From: Harriotta raleighana
Taxonomy: Eukaryota
Assembly: GCA_050575255.1 (NCBI GenBank)
Contig: JBNZDD010013714.1
Span: forward strand, 4,929,600-4,993,599
DNA: 64,000 nt
Direction: 5' to 3'
In this document: positions 1-12,512 of the stretch, one piece after another
Numbering within the stretch: position 1 is the stretch's first letter
Layout: each line of letters begins with the position of its first letter
The notes under the pieces: generated by a model
What the model saw: the letters and a program-made list of their open reading frames with translations, nothing else
The model's database searches: none
Told to the model about the DNA's origin: nothing
Program-made: the position numbers and the translations under genes

Positions 1-35
1 CGCTATACAAGTGTAATTTTGTTGTTGTTTTGTTG
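1..35 (+). mobile_element. L2 LINE 3' tail (cut by window edge)
   Basis: cgctatacaagtgtaattttgttgttg matches the tails of the L2 copies ending near 19220, 45921 and 61179. Confidence 0.75.
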
Positions 36-1132
36 TATTCCTAGCAAATATTCAAAGAATCCTCCTTCCTCCATTCTGACACCAAACCATAAGAAATACA
101 AGGTTTAAATTGTTTGAAATATTATTTTAATATGGCCAATACTCCAAGCCATAGTGTGGATAGAGGCATAGATTCTCCGGATCTTAGTTGTAGCTTTTAG
201 AGTGAGGACTGACTGATTCTAAGTATATTCTCGTAGTGAGAGGTTGAGAATTGGAGGATAAATCTCCTTCTCTTGCTCTAATAAGTGACTAGATCAAGAC
301 TGACATCAGTAGAGGATTGGAGCAGGTCCACTCGTCTTCTCAAGTGGGGAGTAAGTTTAAAAAAGGCTCAAATTGTTTCTGTACAGCCTGACATGATAGA
401 AGTTAGTAACATTTCAACTATTAAAACATTGAATTTAGCAGCTGAAGATATATATTCAAATCACAGAAGCTAGGTTCATAAACAATGTGATTTATTTTTG
501 TTTGTTTATATTTCAACAGTTCCAACTCATTATGTGCAATCAAGCCTGTGAAGAGGTGCATTTTCATGAATGCCCATTTCAGCAGCGTTAACTGCCAAGA
601 TTGTGCCAGAGTGTAATCTGGGCCGGAATCACTTTGGCATAAACCTGGCATTATAAACCGGGTATTACATATGACTACAGAGTTGGGCTGACTGTATGAA
701 GCCAGCCACGCAGAATGGCATACAAAGCCTGTAGCATTTCCCAAGCGATTAAGAGGTGAAAATCTTACCTCCTTCATGCAAGAGGCCCTATCACATATGT
801 TTTATTTTTTCAGTGAAGGCCGATTTTAAATAAAACAGGTTCCAATCCCTTTAATTTTGGGTTGAAAAGTTCATAGATGAATCAGGGCTGATGTAATTAA
901 AATTCTGTTTCTTGAGTGTTTCACTGCTTTTCAGAGTAAATTCTAGATCTCAAAATATCTTTTTTATTAAAAGAAACTTAAATAAATGCATCTCCATCTT
1001 ATAATTTACTGACAATAACATAAATCAAGATTTTTATATTGCATTTTGGGGGAAGATTGAAGTATTTTTCCTTTTATTTATATCGTTCCGTTGCATTTTC
1101 TTTATTTATCTGACTTTCCTCACCTTTGACTC

Positions 1133-1625
1133 GACTCGCAAATGAGAGGACCTGGGATTGATTCCCAGATGGGTGAAACTTTAGGCAAGTTTCCTTACTC
1201 CACATACCTCTGTTTACCTAGCAGTAAGTAGGAATCTGGTTGTTAGTCAATTGACAGATCACATTCCGGGGATAATAATCCCTCAAAAAAAAATTTAATC
1301 CATGACTGTTTGTTGGATCCTACTGTGTTCAATTGGCTGCTGTGTTTTGCCCACAAAATTACAGTCAATTCACTTTACAATATACTGTATTGTGTGAAGG
1401 GCTTTGGGATGCCTTTCGTAAATGCATAATTTCTCTACATTTAAAAAAAAAATCATTTGGTCACTCAATCCACAACTGTTTGTGGGACACTGCTGTGCGC
1501 AATTGGCTGCTGCCAATTGTACAAGTATACAGTCAATTCACATTACAGTATATTCTGTGAAGCGCTTTGAGACATCTAGGACATGAAAAGCACTATATCA
1601 AATGCAAGGATTATTATTATTATTT
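1133..1625 (+). mobile_element. tRNA-derived SINE copy followed by a second 3'-half copy in tandem
   Basis: Degenerate B-box head and ggcaagtttccttactccaca. The core acagtcaattcac(t/a)ttaca occurs twice (about 1361 and 1528). Ends aaatgcaaggattattattatt. Confidence 0.85.
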
Positions 1626-3116
1626 ACTTGGCCAGTTTAGAGATATTGTCTATTGTTATCAAAGTTTCTCATGAAGAACATTTGTACAAATTAAATGAAG
1701 ATTTCTATAAACCGTCTACATTAAATCATCTTCCATATACTGTATATTGTGGAAAAACAGAATTCAGGGATGAATTGCCTTTTTAGTGACCACATTCTTT
1801 GACAATGTATAACATAATAATTAGTGATTCTCTTTTAAAACAAAGGCTGGTTAAGGTGATATTCTTTACTGAATTACACATTGAAATGTTAAGCTCAGAG
1901 GTAATATATCATTTCAGTCAGACATTCAAAGGTGTTTGGAAATTGATGCTGAATGCATTTCAGTTGAATTATTTTGGCTTCACAAGAATGTTTTCTTTTT
2001 TATTGTGTAATAGGAGCAAATTAATTTGGTTGGCCACAGTACATGCTGAAACTTGCAATATTTTAGTGCAATTATTTGTCTGCTCCTTGAACACGTCAGT
2101 CATTCCAATGTTGTTAATGTTTTTTCCAATGTATTTTTATTCCCATTTCCTCTCTTTTTATAGCCTTTTCGAGTTGTGCAGCCCAGCTTTATTTTGAAAA
2201 AGAAAAGTGTATCTCCATAGCTTCTATCATTACCACTCTGTGACCAACTGATAGGGTGTTATTTGGAACACTGGACAATTTCCCTTCATCCTGTTGACAA
2301 AGTGCCTCCCATCCTTTCAATACTGTACTCTGCCCATTGACTCAACCGAAGTTGGGCTTGCTATATACATATAATATATATACCAGTGACTCTGATTCCG
2401 GTCTCAGACTTATTTCACCACTGAACCACACTGTATGTTGCATATAAAATTTGAATGTTTTCCTGCACCTGGTAATACATTGCTACTAAATGGAAACAGC
2501 TGTAGTTGTTTTTCTGAGCAGTCAATTTTGATTTTTGTCAAATCTTTTATGTCAAGATTATATCTTGATGTCACTCAATCAAAATAATGCAAATTCTGTG
2601 CTTTTTAAAAAATAAAGAATGTTAAAGGTGCAGGATGGCAATGATGCGAAACAAAACTCATTTGCTGGGGCCATATGAGCAGCATTCTATGTTGGGTGCA
2701 GTTCAGACAGAAACGTCTGCTCAGCTTCAACAATGTGCCCTATCTCAAACTTGAGAAGTGCTGTTCCTTGCCACATTTGTGTGAATTAAGTGAATATTTT
2801 CACTTAAGCAACCCATCTTTAAGGCAGCTCTGATTGAGGGAGACTGACAATTTGTGCTGCACTGTGTATTGTATTCTGTGTGGGTAGATTTAAACTGCGC
2901 AAAGTTATTACACTTTGGACCCTTACAGTTGGCACATCAATTTGTATTTAAACTCATTGAAAAATCTGTGTGCTGACCCACATCGCTGCTTATTCCATGA
3001 TAGAAAACAATTTCAAAAACATCATGAGTCATTTTCTGTCTTATTTGATTTTTATGAAGAGAATGGCAATGTAGAAAACTGTAAGTAAAATTAAATGTTT
3101 GTTTGTTTCGTTGCAG

Positions 3117-3179
3117 GGTGATACTGACCAAGAAGGAACTGATGATGACCTTCAAAGTATTACAACTTCATCTGTCAAT
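3117..3179 (+). CDS. SOWAH: SOWAH internal exon, 63 nt, phase 0-0, GDTDQEGTDDDLQSITTSSVN
   Basis: Acceptor tgtttgtttgtttcgttgcag, donor gtaagt, open acidic/Ser-rich frame that joins in frame to SLFQRLQLDPLEH. Confidence 0.85.
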
Positions 3180-5127
3180 GTAAGTCATATTGGTGGCATT
3201 TTCAAGATATAATTTAAATGTTACATTATTACAGAAATCAAAGTGGTATTTATATTAGATTATGTATTGAACAAGTCAGTTATATTCCGGTGGACATTTG
3301 CTAAGATGTTTTCTTTATACACAACAAATTCATAGTTTCTACTATTCCTTTCTTTAACTGCCTTTACAACATTTGCTATACAGACTGAACTAATTGCAGT
3401 TGCATTAACATACGCCCTAACTCAGGAAGCTATCGAGACAAGAAAATACTTCAAATATTAAATGAATATTTACAATTCATTATATTTTGAAAACAGCTTC
3501 CTAATCAACTTAGTGGTATATCTTCTAATCTCATTTACTATCAGAGTAATTCTTGAGAGCAAGTAATCAAAAATCTTAATTGTCATAATATTGTACTATA
3601 TAATTAGTACAAAGTTTAGAGTTTACAAAATGCTCTGACTGACTTTTGTTGAAACCATCAACTGCCTACTTACTTATTCCAGTCTCTGATCTCCTGGAGT
3701 TTGCTTTCAGATGTTTCTATTCAGTTTCAAGTATTCATCAATAAGCTTCCTGTTTTTTTGTAAAATGGTATAATTTTGGATTTTTCTCATTTATAAAACA
3801 TATTTGCTTGTTTGCAAGGTTTAACTCCTTGTTGTATTACAGTACACTTCTAATGTTGACTGAGTATTTTATCTGAAGTGTTTGATGAGGCTGGCAAGTT
3901 TAGAATATATTACTGCAGCCAGTTCTTAATGACAATCAATTTCAAGAGATTAATTGAAATAGTACTTTTTAATATATTACATATTATCATGTATCTTATC
4001 ACATATAAGGACAGTGAAAGCTCAAGTGGGGAGAAATTGCACTGAGTAGAAATTTACCCAATCTTCCTAGTGTTTTAGAGAATCCAAAATGTGGTAATAA
4101 ATTCTCCAGTACATCTTAATTTTGAAGCTATCTTTTTGTAAGTTCCTATAAAAAATATAGAAGACTGACTTCATAGTTGAGACTATATTCAACAATATCC
4201 CAAATTCTGGACACATTAAAATGCAACGTAGAGTAGATCTTGATCCATGTGGAATTTCTCCCACAAAGATTTGTTGCATTATAAAATGGTTAACCAAAAA
4301 GAGTATGAACCTGACACTGGTTAGCTCACCAGTTAGTTGACCGTTGAAATAGCTGTGAAAAGGCTGTACAATTAATCCACTTCAGTCTGAGCCCTGGCCT
4401 GATCTTAAACCTGTTTTTGATCCTGACCTTTGCTACTCTGTTATTAATAATACATTATTGACCAGTTGCCTCTTTGGGGATCAGGAAGCATCGTGTTTCT
4501 CAACACAAAGCAACGAAAGGTCACACAATGATGGCCTCATGTTTGGAAATTTCTGCATCAATGCTACCTATATAACATTCTGCTTAACCAACCAGTCCCT
4601 TTCAAACTTAAATTGAAGGTTTAGAATCCCCTAATCCCTTAACGGAAAGTTTTATTAGGTACATCATAATGTTAGTTTCTTTTGTTACATTGCACCAGAC
4701 TTGGTTCCACAGGAGCCTTCTTCACATTACGGCTCTGACAATTACATCATATTTCTTGGTAAGGAAGAAACGACAATTTTATCCATTTTGACTCGAAGGT
4801 ATGTAACTTGGCTACAGTCAAAATCGTTTGAGTTATATTTCTACTACGGAGTGTTAATTATTTTTAAACGTTTCTGCAGATTCTGCTACAACACAGTTTG
4901 CTAGAATTCCAGCTTCCCTGCAGCCTAACTTCATTTCCAAGACTACAAGTTCTCTTTCCCAAGGTGGGAACAGTCAAGTTGATTGATGCCTGAACAATAT
5001 GATACCCCTTTCCTTATTTAAAAAAAAAGGGAATAACATGCAAACTAGCTTCTTAATGAAAGCTAACAGACACATATAAGTGTGAACTATAAAGAGATGA
5101 TTCTCTAATGGTTGTCAAATCTGCAGA

Positions 5128-5282
5128 TATTGGCCAGCAAATCATATTCTCTGCTGATCTTTAAATTTACAGACCTTGGCAGTATGAGCTAATAATGGGA
5201 TTTTCTCCCCCCCATTATAAAGTCCAACCACGAAGGTCTGTAAATTTACAGACCAGCGGAGAATAAGATGTTCTCGCCCATA
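5128..5282. repeat. About 155-bp imperfect inverted repeat (MITE-like hairpin)
   Basis: ttctctgctgatctttaaatttacagacctt (5147-5177) matches the reverse complement of aaggtctgtaaatttacagaccagcggagaa (5233-5263) at 28/31. Additional inner (ataatggg/cccattat) and outer pairing. Confidence 0.85.
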
Positions 5283-7280
5283 AATTTACCGACCCTCAGA
5301 GAGTCTTGCGTTGTGAATTGTAATCATTGTTTTAGTTTGGAAATCAGCAGTCGTTTTTGTTTTTTTAAAAAGAAATCTCCAGAGATGGAGATTCTTCCAG
5401 ACTATTAAATCTAGGATTGAAGACACCAATGAGGTACAGTATTCTGATAGTAAGAAGAAATAAAAGTGCAGGAAACAGTGAGCAGAATGTTTTAAAGCAA
5501 TGTTGGGAATTGAGATTTCTAGAACAATGGGATTCACATTTATTCTTCTGCTGCAGTTAGTAAAGTACACCTTAGTTACACTAATAGATGGAGATTCTGT
5601 TTCTTTAAACTGGTCGAATACTTTTGCTCTTTTTAAACTAAGTGACTTCTGCTTCTGTAGATGACCTCTTTTGTATTTTTAAAACCAAAATTGTTTCCTT
5701 TGACCTTTGGACATGGGATAAGAGTAACTGTGGGAAAATGTGTAACAGTGCACTGAGTGTCAGACTCTGTGCCAGGAATAAGAAGAATTTTTGCATATTG
5801 ACATTGAGTTGTGGACCATGAAAAGTTATAGCTCTGCCAGTTTCCAGTTTGCTCACAGTATTCCCTTCCGTTTCTGGTTAAAGAAGCTTTTTAACAAAAC
5901 CCGATCTGTTTGGCCTGGACAGAAAGCCCGAGCTGTCCTTCCTGTGCTACCACAGAGAGAATGAGAAATGAAGGCTGAAGGCCTAGACAGTTTGCAAGGG
6001 AAACGCACATAAGGTCAGGGAGAAATGAGAACGTATTCGCTTTGTGCTCCCCGGGTGATATCCAATAACCCCTTCAGCTTTCAAACTGTAAAACGCAGAT
6101 TCATTTGCTCAATTCAGGGAGACAGGAGCAGATTTTGTCAGAAACTTAGCTGGAGTTATATTTGACACAGCCTCACATTGTAGAAGGAACACTTTCTTTA
6201 TCTAAGCAACAGGAGGGCATGAAAATGTAAGCACTTGACAGAAGCAACATAAATTCAGTGTATTGCTAGCCTGACCCAGGCCACGTGAAAGGAATGCACC
6301 GTTTTCCTTTGACGGTCTGATTTCCTGACTGACGTTTGAGCAGTTGTCTAGCCTAGCCACTAAAGAAAGTCGACATCAATTACTTAAAAGGAAGCCAGCC
6401 TTGTCTCTGAAAGCTTGGCAGTAGAGTAGTTATTGTTGAAGTAAAGCTAATGAACTCACTTTTATTTGTATTTTCAAAGGCTTAATTATTTGTTTTAAGG
6501 TCACAAGACTTAAGATCTTAAAACACGGCCTTCTATAGAAATAAAAACTCATTACATCAGATGAATTGCAGCAGTCTCCTCTTGGTTTACTATAATGTTT
6601 TCTTTTCACTCTGCTGCATTTTACTGTTTTCCTCTGACAAGCTTTCTTAATTATAGTTCGCTGCTTTAATATAGATCTGCCGAAACCTTACTCTCACATC
6701 TTCCACTTGATCGATTTGTTTCACAAATGGGAGCGAGATTTACCCATTAAATCTTTATATCTAATGTTTCCGTGGCCTGAAAAGTGACGTTTGACAATTC
6801 TGTACAAAACATTTCTATATACTATGAAAACATGAACATGTAATGACCTTTAATGTTTGATCATGTGTGCCAGGTGATCAAACCTGCACTGTATTTGGCA
6901 TGTGAATGGATGCTGCTCAAACACAACACATCTCAACATCTTCTCTCCATGTTGCTCATTTTATGTTCACATAACAAGAAGTTTGAGTACAAACTTGTGA
7001 ATTGTGAATTGCTTATTCAGCACAATATTGCTGGGGGAGCCTCATTGTTTGATGTTGCGGCACTGCAGGAATTTAACATTGAACTATAAACCTAGGGAGG
7101 TCTGATTCCTATTCCTGTGCAGAATTAGGTGGATCTCTTTCATTGAGGTAAGGATCTCTCTCATTCAGATTAAGGATTCTAGAATTTGTCTCGAATATAA
7201 AGTGGGAAAACAGGGAATGCTCATGATCACTTGCCAATTACCTCCTTCTGCAAATGGCAAGTGTTTGAACACTAACTAAG

Positions 7281-7345
7281 AACAACAACAACAAATTACA
7301 TTTGTATAGTAATTTTAATGCGAGGAGTCCCAAGGCGCTGGACAG
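7281..7345 (-). mobile_element. L2 LINE 3' end
   Basis: aacaacaacaaattacatttgtatag...gtcccaaggcgctggacag is the reverse complement of the L2 tail. Confidence 0.75.
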
Positions 7346-7424
7346 TCATGGATCCACACCCAAGATGGTGGTAGAGATTAGGAGGGGTGGAGCGGAAAGG
7401 GGGAAGAGGTAGTAGGGTGATCAA

Positions 7425-7941
7425 AGAGCACTCGCCTCTCAGGAGAGAGGATCTAGGTTTGATTCCCGGCCTGGGCAAAACATTAAACAAGTTTCCTTAT
7501 GCCTCTGTTTACCTAGCATTAAATAGAAACCCAGTTAGCATTGGCCAATCATTGACAGATCGCTTTTCTGGGGGTAATAATTAAATATTTTGGTCACTCA
7601 ATCCACAATTGTTTGTGGGACACTGTTGTGTGTTAGGACATACTTCCAGCATTTCATCCACAAGATATATACTTTACACTATATTTTGTATCACTTTGAG
7701 ATGTGATGAAGATGTGATAATAATCCTTGCATTTGATGTAGCACTTTTCATGTCTTCTATAAATCTCAAAGTGCTTCACAGAATATACTGTAAAGTGAAT
7801 TGACTGTATATTTGGGGGTGAAATGCAGCAGCCAATTGTGCAGAGCAGTGTCCCACAAACAGTTGTGTGTTGAAATTACCAACTTGTTTTGTGGGATTAT
7901 TATCTGGCACTATATCAAATTCCAGGATTATTATTATTATT
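7425..7941 (+). mobile_element. tRNA-SINE (+) interrupted near its 3' end by an antisense copy of the same family (about 7718-7902)
   Basis: The + copy runs from the head to gaagatgtga (7717). Then comes taataatccttgcatttg...gggattattat (- copy), and the + tail resumes gcactatatcaaattccaggattattatt. Confidence 0.8.
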
Positions 7942-10900
7942 TTAGAACTTCAATTAAAAAATCTTACTTCTATCTTTGAAATATATTTTGAATTAAGTTC
8001 TGTTGTTAGGACATAGTTACATACAATAAATAAATATTTCACTTTGGAGGATTATTACTGTGCAGTCTCTACAAATACTCGGGATTTGACGAAAGATTGT
8101 TCCTTGCAAAGTCACTTGTAAAGCACAAGAAGTCTGTAGTTTTTTTCAGCCCTCCCTATTATGAGGTTACTTGGTCTTGGCTTCATGTCTTAGTTTATAA
8201 AGGCTGTTATCCTGATGTAGAGGAACAAAGAAGTGGGGTTGCTGTTTTTGTAGAAAATCAGCACAGATAGGGTGCTGAAATGAACCCAATTCAAAGTTAT
8301 CCACATAAAACACCCTTGTTGCTTTCAATGAGTGCTTGGCACATTACAAAAACAGTTTTTGTTTCAAAATTAAGGTCCCAGTGTAAACAAAAACCCTGGA
8401 CATTGCTCAAATCACACTTCCTGCTGGCCAGTCATGGAGAAATATTGACAGGAGTTGTAGTGAAGTCACCGACCAACGCTTCCTGCTTCCTGACTGGAGA
8501 AACGTGATGCTAATTAGAAAAGGGACAAATGTTTTGCTGCAGATGAGGGAAAAAAATGGAGTAATGAATGTAAAAATACAGATTATTTCAATGGTGATTT
8601 TGACACAAAAGAGGAATTATTTATTCCATCATAAAGTCGAGCATTACTTATTTTAATTATGGTCAAATATTTTAATTTGGTTTAAATGTTCTGGGGGCCA
8701 ATTCTGAGAATAAATATTGCTTCAATTTGTCATGTCTGAGTAAATCTATTCTTCAGAGAATTTTGTTTCAAATACGCGTTAAAATTCTATTGTAAAACCC
8801 CAACTGCTTTCCAGTTACGATCATCTACTGATCTGTATATTTTGATCTTGTCAGTGCCTTTACTCACTAGAGTTCTAAAGCCATCATTTGATCCAATTTC
8901 CCACAACTGTTGACACTGGGGAATTAAGGTGTTCATAAGCAAATTAGTATTTGACCTGTAAGTTTCCCCTTTGACCATGTAGGATATGCACCAGGGATAG
9001 CTGTTCCCTGCAACCCAGCTGCTGAGACTACAAACATAGACAGAGCTCAGGATCATCGGATACATCATTGGTAAATGGATCAGCTTGTATTCAATCTCGG
9101 TAGTTCTCATTGGCCAATTATTTTGATGGCTCCAGTAATGTGTTACTTCGGTACCATCTTCCACCATGGCCTTTAGATTGTCACCTCAGTTGTTATATAT
9201 ACCTCAGTTATCATGTACCTCAATTATTATATATCGCCTGAAATATTTGTCCGTACAGTATTTTTATATTTAAAAAAGCTAAGGAATCCTGTATTTCCTC
9301 CTCAGTGAGTAATGTATACCAAGAAAACTTCAGAGGTTTCGATCACCATTGATCCAGGACATATGACCTTCATTGATTTTGCTATTTGTTTAACTAATGC
9401 TTTGAACATCATCCTAGCAAAGGTATTAAAGAATCGCTGATTCACATCTGAATTACTTTGTTCCACTACATATTTAGAGACTTCCTGTACCACATTTACT
9501 GTAGGATAAAATCAAGTAGGTTTCACTGAAACTAGCTCATCAATCCATGGTTGGCAAGCCTTATGAAATCTTGGAAGGCTATCTCACTGGTTTCCATGGC
9601 AGTCAAGATCAGGATTGCAAAGTCAGCACAGTATTTTTTTTAAAACTGTACTTAACCCCAAGTGCAGAAATAACTAAAGGAGCAATAAGTTTTCAAGCAA
9701 CTAATTGAAGCATTTACATGTTCTTAATTTTCAGTAGTTTTAGTGTATCTGCACTGCGTGTGCCACTTGGCTCCACTAGGCCTTTAGATTTCTGTTTTCC
9801 CTCAAATTCCTTTAGTTTTTGATGTGGAACTCAAATTGTCGTCCTCTCTACTACCTTTCTTCTTTTGCCATGATGTTTTCGACTCTGATTCCTTCGTCTT
9901 GCATAACTTCAAAATACTACAAACCGCATTCCGAATGCGTTCCATAATGAGAAAGAGTTGCCTCTTCATTTTCTTTCCATCTCCCAAAATGTCAATCTAG
10001 CAATTATCTGTCAGAAAAGATAAGGGCGTAGTAAAAGACACCATATAAGTAGGCATCTTTATCATCAATTTGAAATTCTTCATCAAGAATCAAAAAGAAT
10101 AAACTAATCTTAAAATTTTAAAAAGCATAAGAATCAAAAAAGTAAGCCTGTTCTACAATTTATTGATGTGCAATGTGCCTGCCTTTCATATTACCTCACC
10201 CCTTCCCCAACCAACCAATATTGTAATGGCTAGATGGGTCTTAATCTGTCCTGTTTTCTTATACACAATTGGGACACATTTACACTTGGAAGCATCTGAA
10301 ACATAACTTTATATTAAAAACATTTGCCTTGTGCACTCTTATCTTTCTCTTGTCAAACAAGAAATACAATTCAAACTTTGAAATAACTATGCCTCACTTG
10401 ATTGCAATCACATCTTATCTACAAGTTATGTAATGTGGATATTCTAACCAGGTTATGACCCAGGTAATGACCCATCTTCAAAAAATATTAGGACAAAGTG
10501 CTCTCCAATCCTTATGGCGTATCTGCGGCTCTGCTTTTTCAACTTCATTTCTTTTATGTTTCTCCAGTTGAAAATAAATATGATGAAAATCGGCAATGTT
10601 CTAAAAGTGTCTGGAACGGAGATATTACAAATGGATGATACTGTGTATTCTGGAAGGAGCAGACCCCCTTTTTAAAATGTGTTGGCTTTGTGAAGTCTGA
10701 CACATGGTACAAGGAAGCGACACCATTCAAGATCTAAAAGGAAAACTTTCAAGTGATGGAAATTCAAAATAAAAAGAAAGACAAGCACTGCAGGTTATTC
10801 CGCATCAAAATAATAATCTTTACATTTCATGTAGGACTTTTCAAGTCTGGAGGAGGTGTTAAAGGATAGGTTGGAAAATGTACAGCAGTAATTTAACTGT

Positions 10901-10953
10901 GTATTTTGTAGGCAAACAAGAAAGAGAAAGGTTAACACATTGGGAAAAAGAAC

Positions 10954-11331
10954 AATAATAAGAATAAGAATCCTTGCATTTGATATAGTGCCTCATCATG
11001 TCTTCTAGACATCTCAAAGTGCCTCACAGAATATGCTGTAAAGTGAATTGACTGTACATTTGTGAGCAAATCTTGGCAGTCAATTTCATACAGCAATGAC
11101 CCCCAAACAGTTATGGATTGAGTGGACCAAAGTATTATTGTTCTTTTTATAGGCATTATTATAACGGAAAAGCTATTCACCAATCAACTAACAACCGAGT
11201 TCCTACTTACTGCTGGGTAAACAGAGGTATGTAGACCAAGGAAACTTGTCCAGCATTAAGCCCTGCCAGGAATTGAACTCAGATCTCTTGCTTACAAGGC
11301 AAGTGCTCTAACCACTGAGCTACAGGACTCC
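10954..11331 (-). mobile_element. Full-length tRNA-derived SINE
   Basis: The reverse complement starts ggagtcctgTAGCTCAGTGGttagagc (A box) ... GAGTTCAATTCC (B box), has the family core, and ends in a gcaaggatt-repeat tail. Confidence 0.9.
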
Positions 11332-12399
11332 ATAGTGCTTAAACTTCTACATAAATTCAATATACAGTCAGGAACCAAACGCGTGGCCATTCATTCCCTC
11401 GTACGCTGCAATCTAGTTCCATAAATATCAAAAGCAGCTTGAATTGTGCCAAAACACACAAGGATTACGGTTTGCATATGGAATTACAAAGATTAATAAG
11501 GCATGGAAACAAGCCATTCGGCATAACTAATCTGTGCCGGTATTTGTATTCCACACTAGCCTCCACTGCTTCTGTTGCCATCTCCTATACCTGCCTAACA
11601 TTGTACATTCAACCATTTATATTAAGTCTCTTGCTAAAGTGTGTAAAATGCCGATTGTCACTAATAGAGCTAATGATGAAAGCAAATACAGAATCAGACT
11701 CTTTCCATAATGGCGTACCTCCTGGATAAAAAAAAGTAGTCTGATGGTTGTAAAAATCTGCATGTATCAAGCAGGACATATAGCCCTGTGCAAACCTTCC
11801 TACTCCAATTCTTAAATTACGGAAATATTGGTACTTTATTAACTTCCAAAGGGAAAAAAAATGAATCCCCAGGGTGTACATTACGAAGCAGTTTTGCAGG
11901 GTTATTTCACAAGAAATAAGACAAATGTAAAAAAATATGCTGAACTATTAATTCTGGCTTCCAGCTGGAGTAAACTGAATACAATTATTTCTCTCAAAAA
12001 TGTTTTCTGGGAACAAAATTCATTGGAAATAGATTGCTATTATACCAAGCTTCCTGCTAAAAATCAGCATGTCTTTTATTTGCCCCTCTGGGGTGTCCAT
12101 ATTCTCTCAAATGTTAAGTCTTAAGATTTTGATGTTGCTCCATTCTGTCCTAAACTTACTCACTCCACAGATGGATTGATTGGGTTTGTCACTGTTGGCA
12201 TGGGTATCTGCCTTGTTACAGTAATTAAAAAGAGAGAAATGCGCATTATTGAAAGTGTCTTCTTGTGGTGTGCTCGGGTGCTGTTAAAGCTAACCCCACA
12301 AAATGTTTTCAAACCCAGGCAAAGTGGAAATGTTGGTGTTGTGCTAAAGACAGTGGTGGCATTTTAGCAAAATATCATTAACAGGCCTTACAGCATTTC

Positions 12400-12512
12400 A
12401 ATAATAATCTTGCATTTGATATAGTACCTTATCACATCTTCGAGTCTTCTCAAAGCGCTTCACAGAATGCTGCATACTGTAGAGGGAATTGACTGTATAT
12501 TTGTAGGTGAAA
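12400..12512 (-). mobile_element. SINE 3' fragment
   Basis: aataataatcttgcatttgatatag...aaagcgcttcacagaat...aattgactgtatatttgt. Confidence 0.85.

Noticed and set aside
4699-4758. 60-nt phase-0 open cassette (cag|ACTTGG...TTCTTG|gtaagg; TWFHRSLLHITALTITSYFL)
   Set aside because: It has plausible splice sites but no family resemblance, and it would interrupt the SSVN|SLFQR junction. Treated as a pseudo-exon unless RNA-seq shows it.
9183-9233. Three loose copies of acctcagttattatat
   Set aside because: Short degenerate slippage repeat with no further supporting signal.
10568-10793. Exon-like segment after a good pyrimidine tract and cag
   Set aside because: Stops in all three frames and no SOWAH similarity.
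11255-11331. tRNA gene (A and B boxes present; similar at 35556 and 24860)
   Set aside because: The boxes continue directly into the SINE body, so these are SINE heads rather than tRNA genes.
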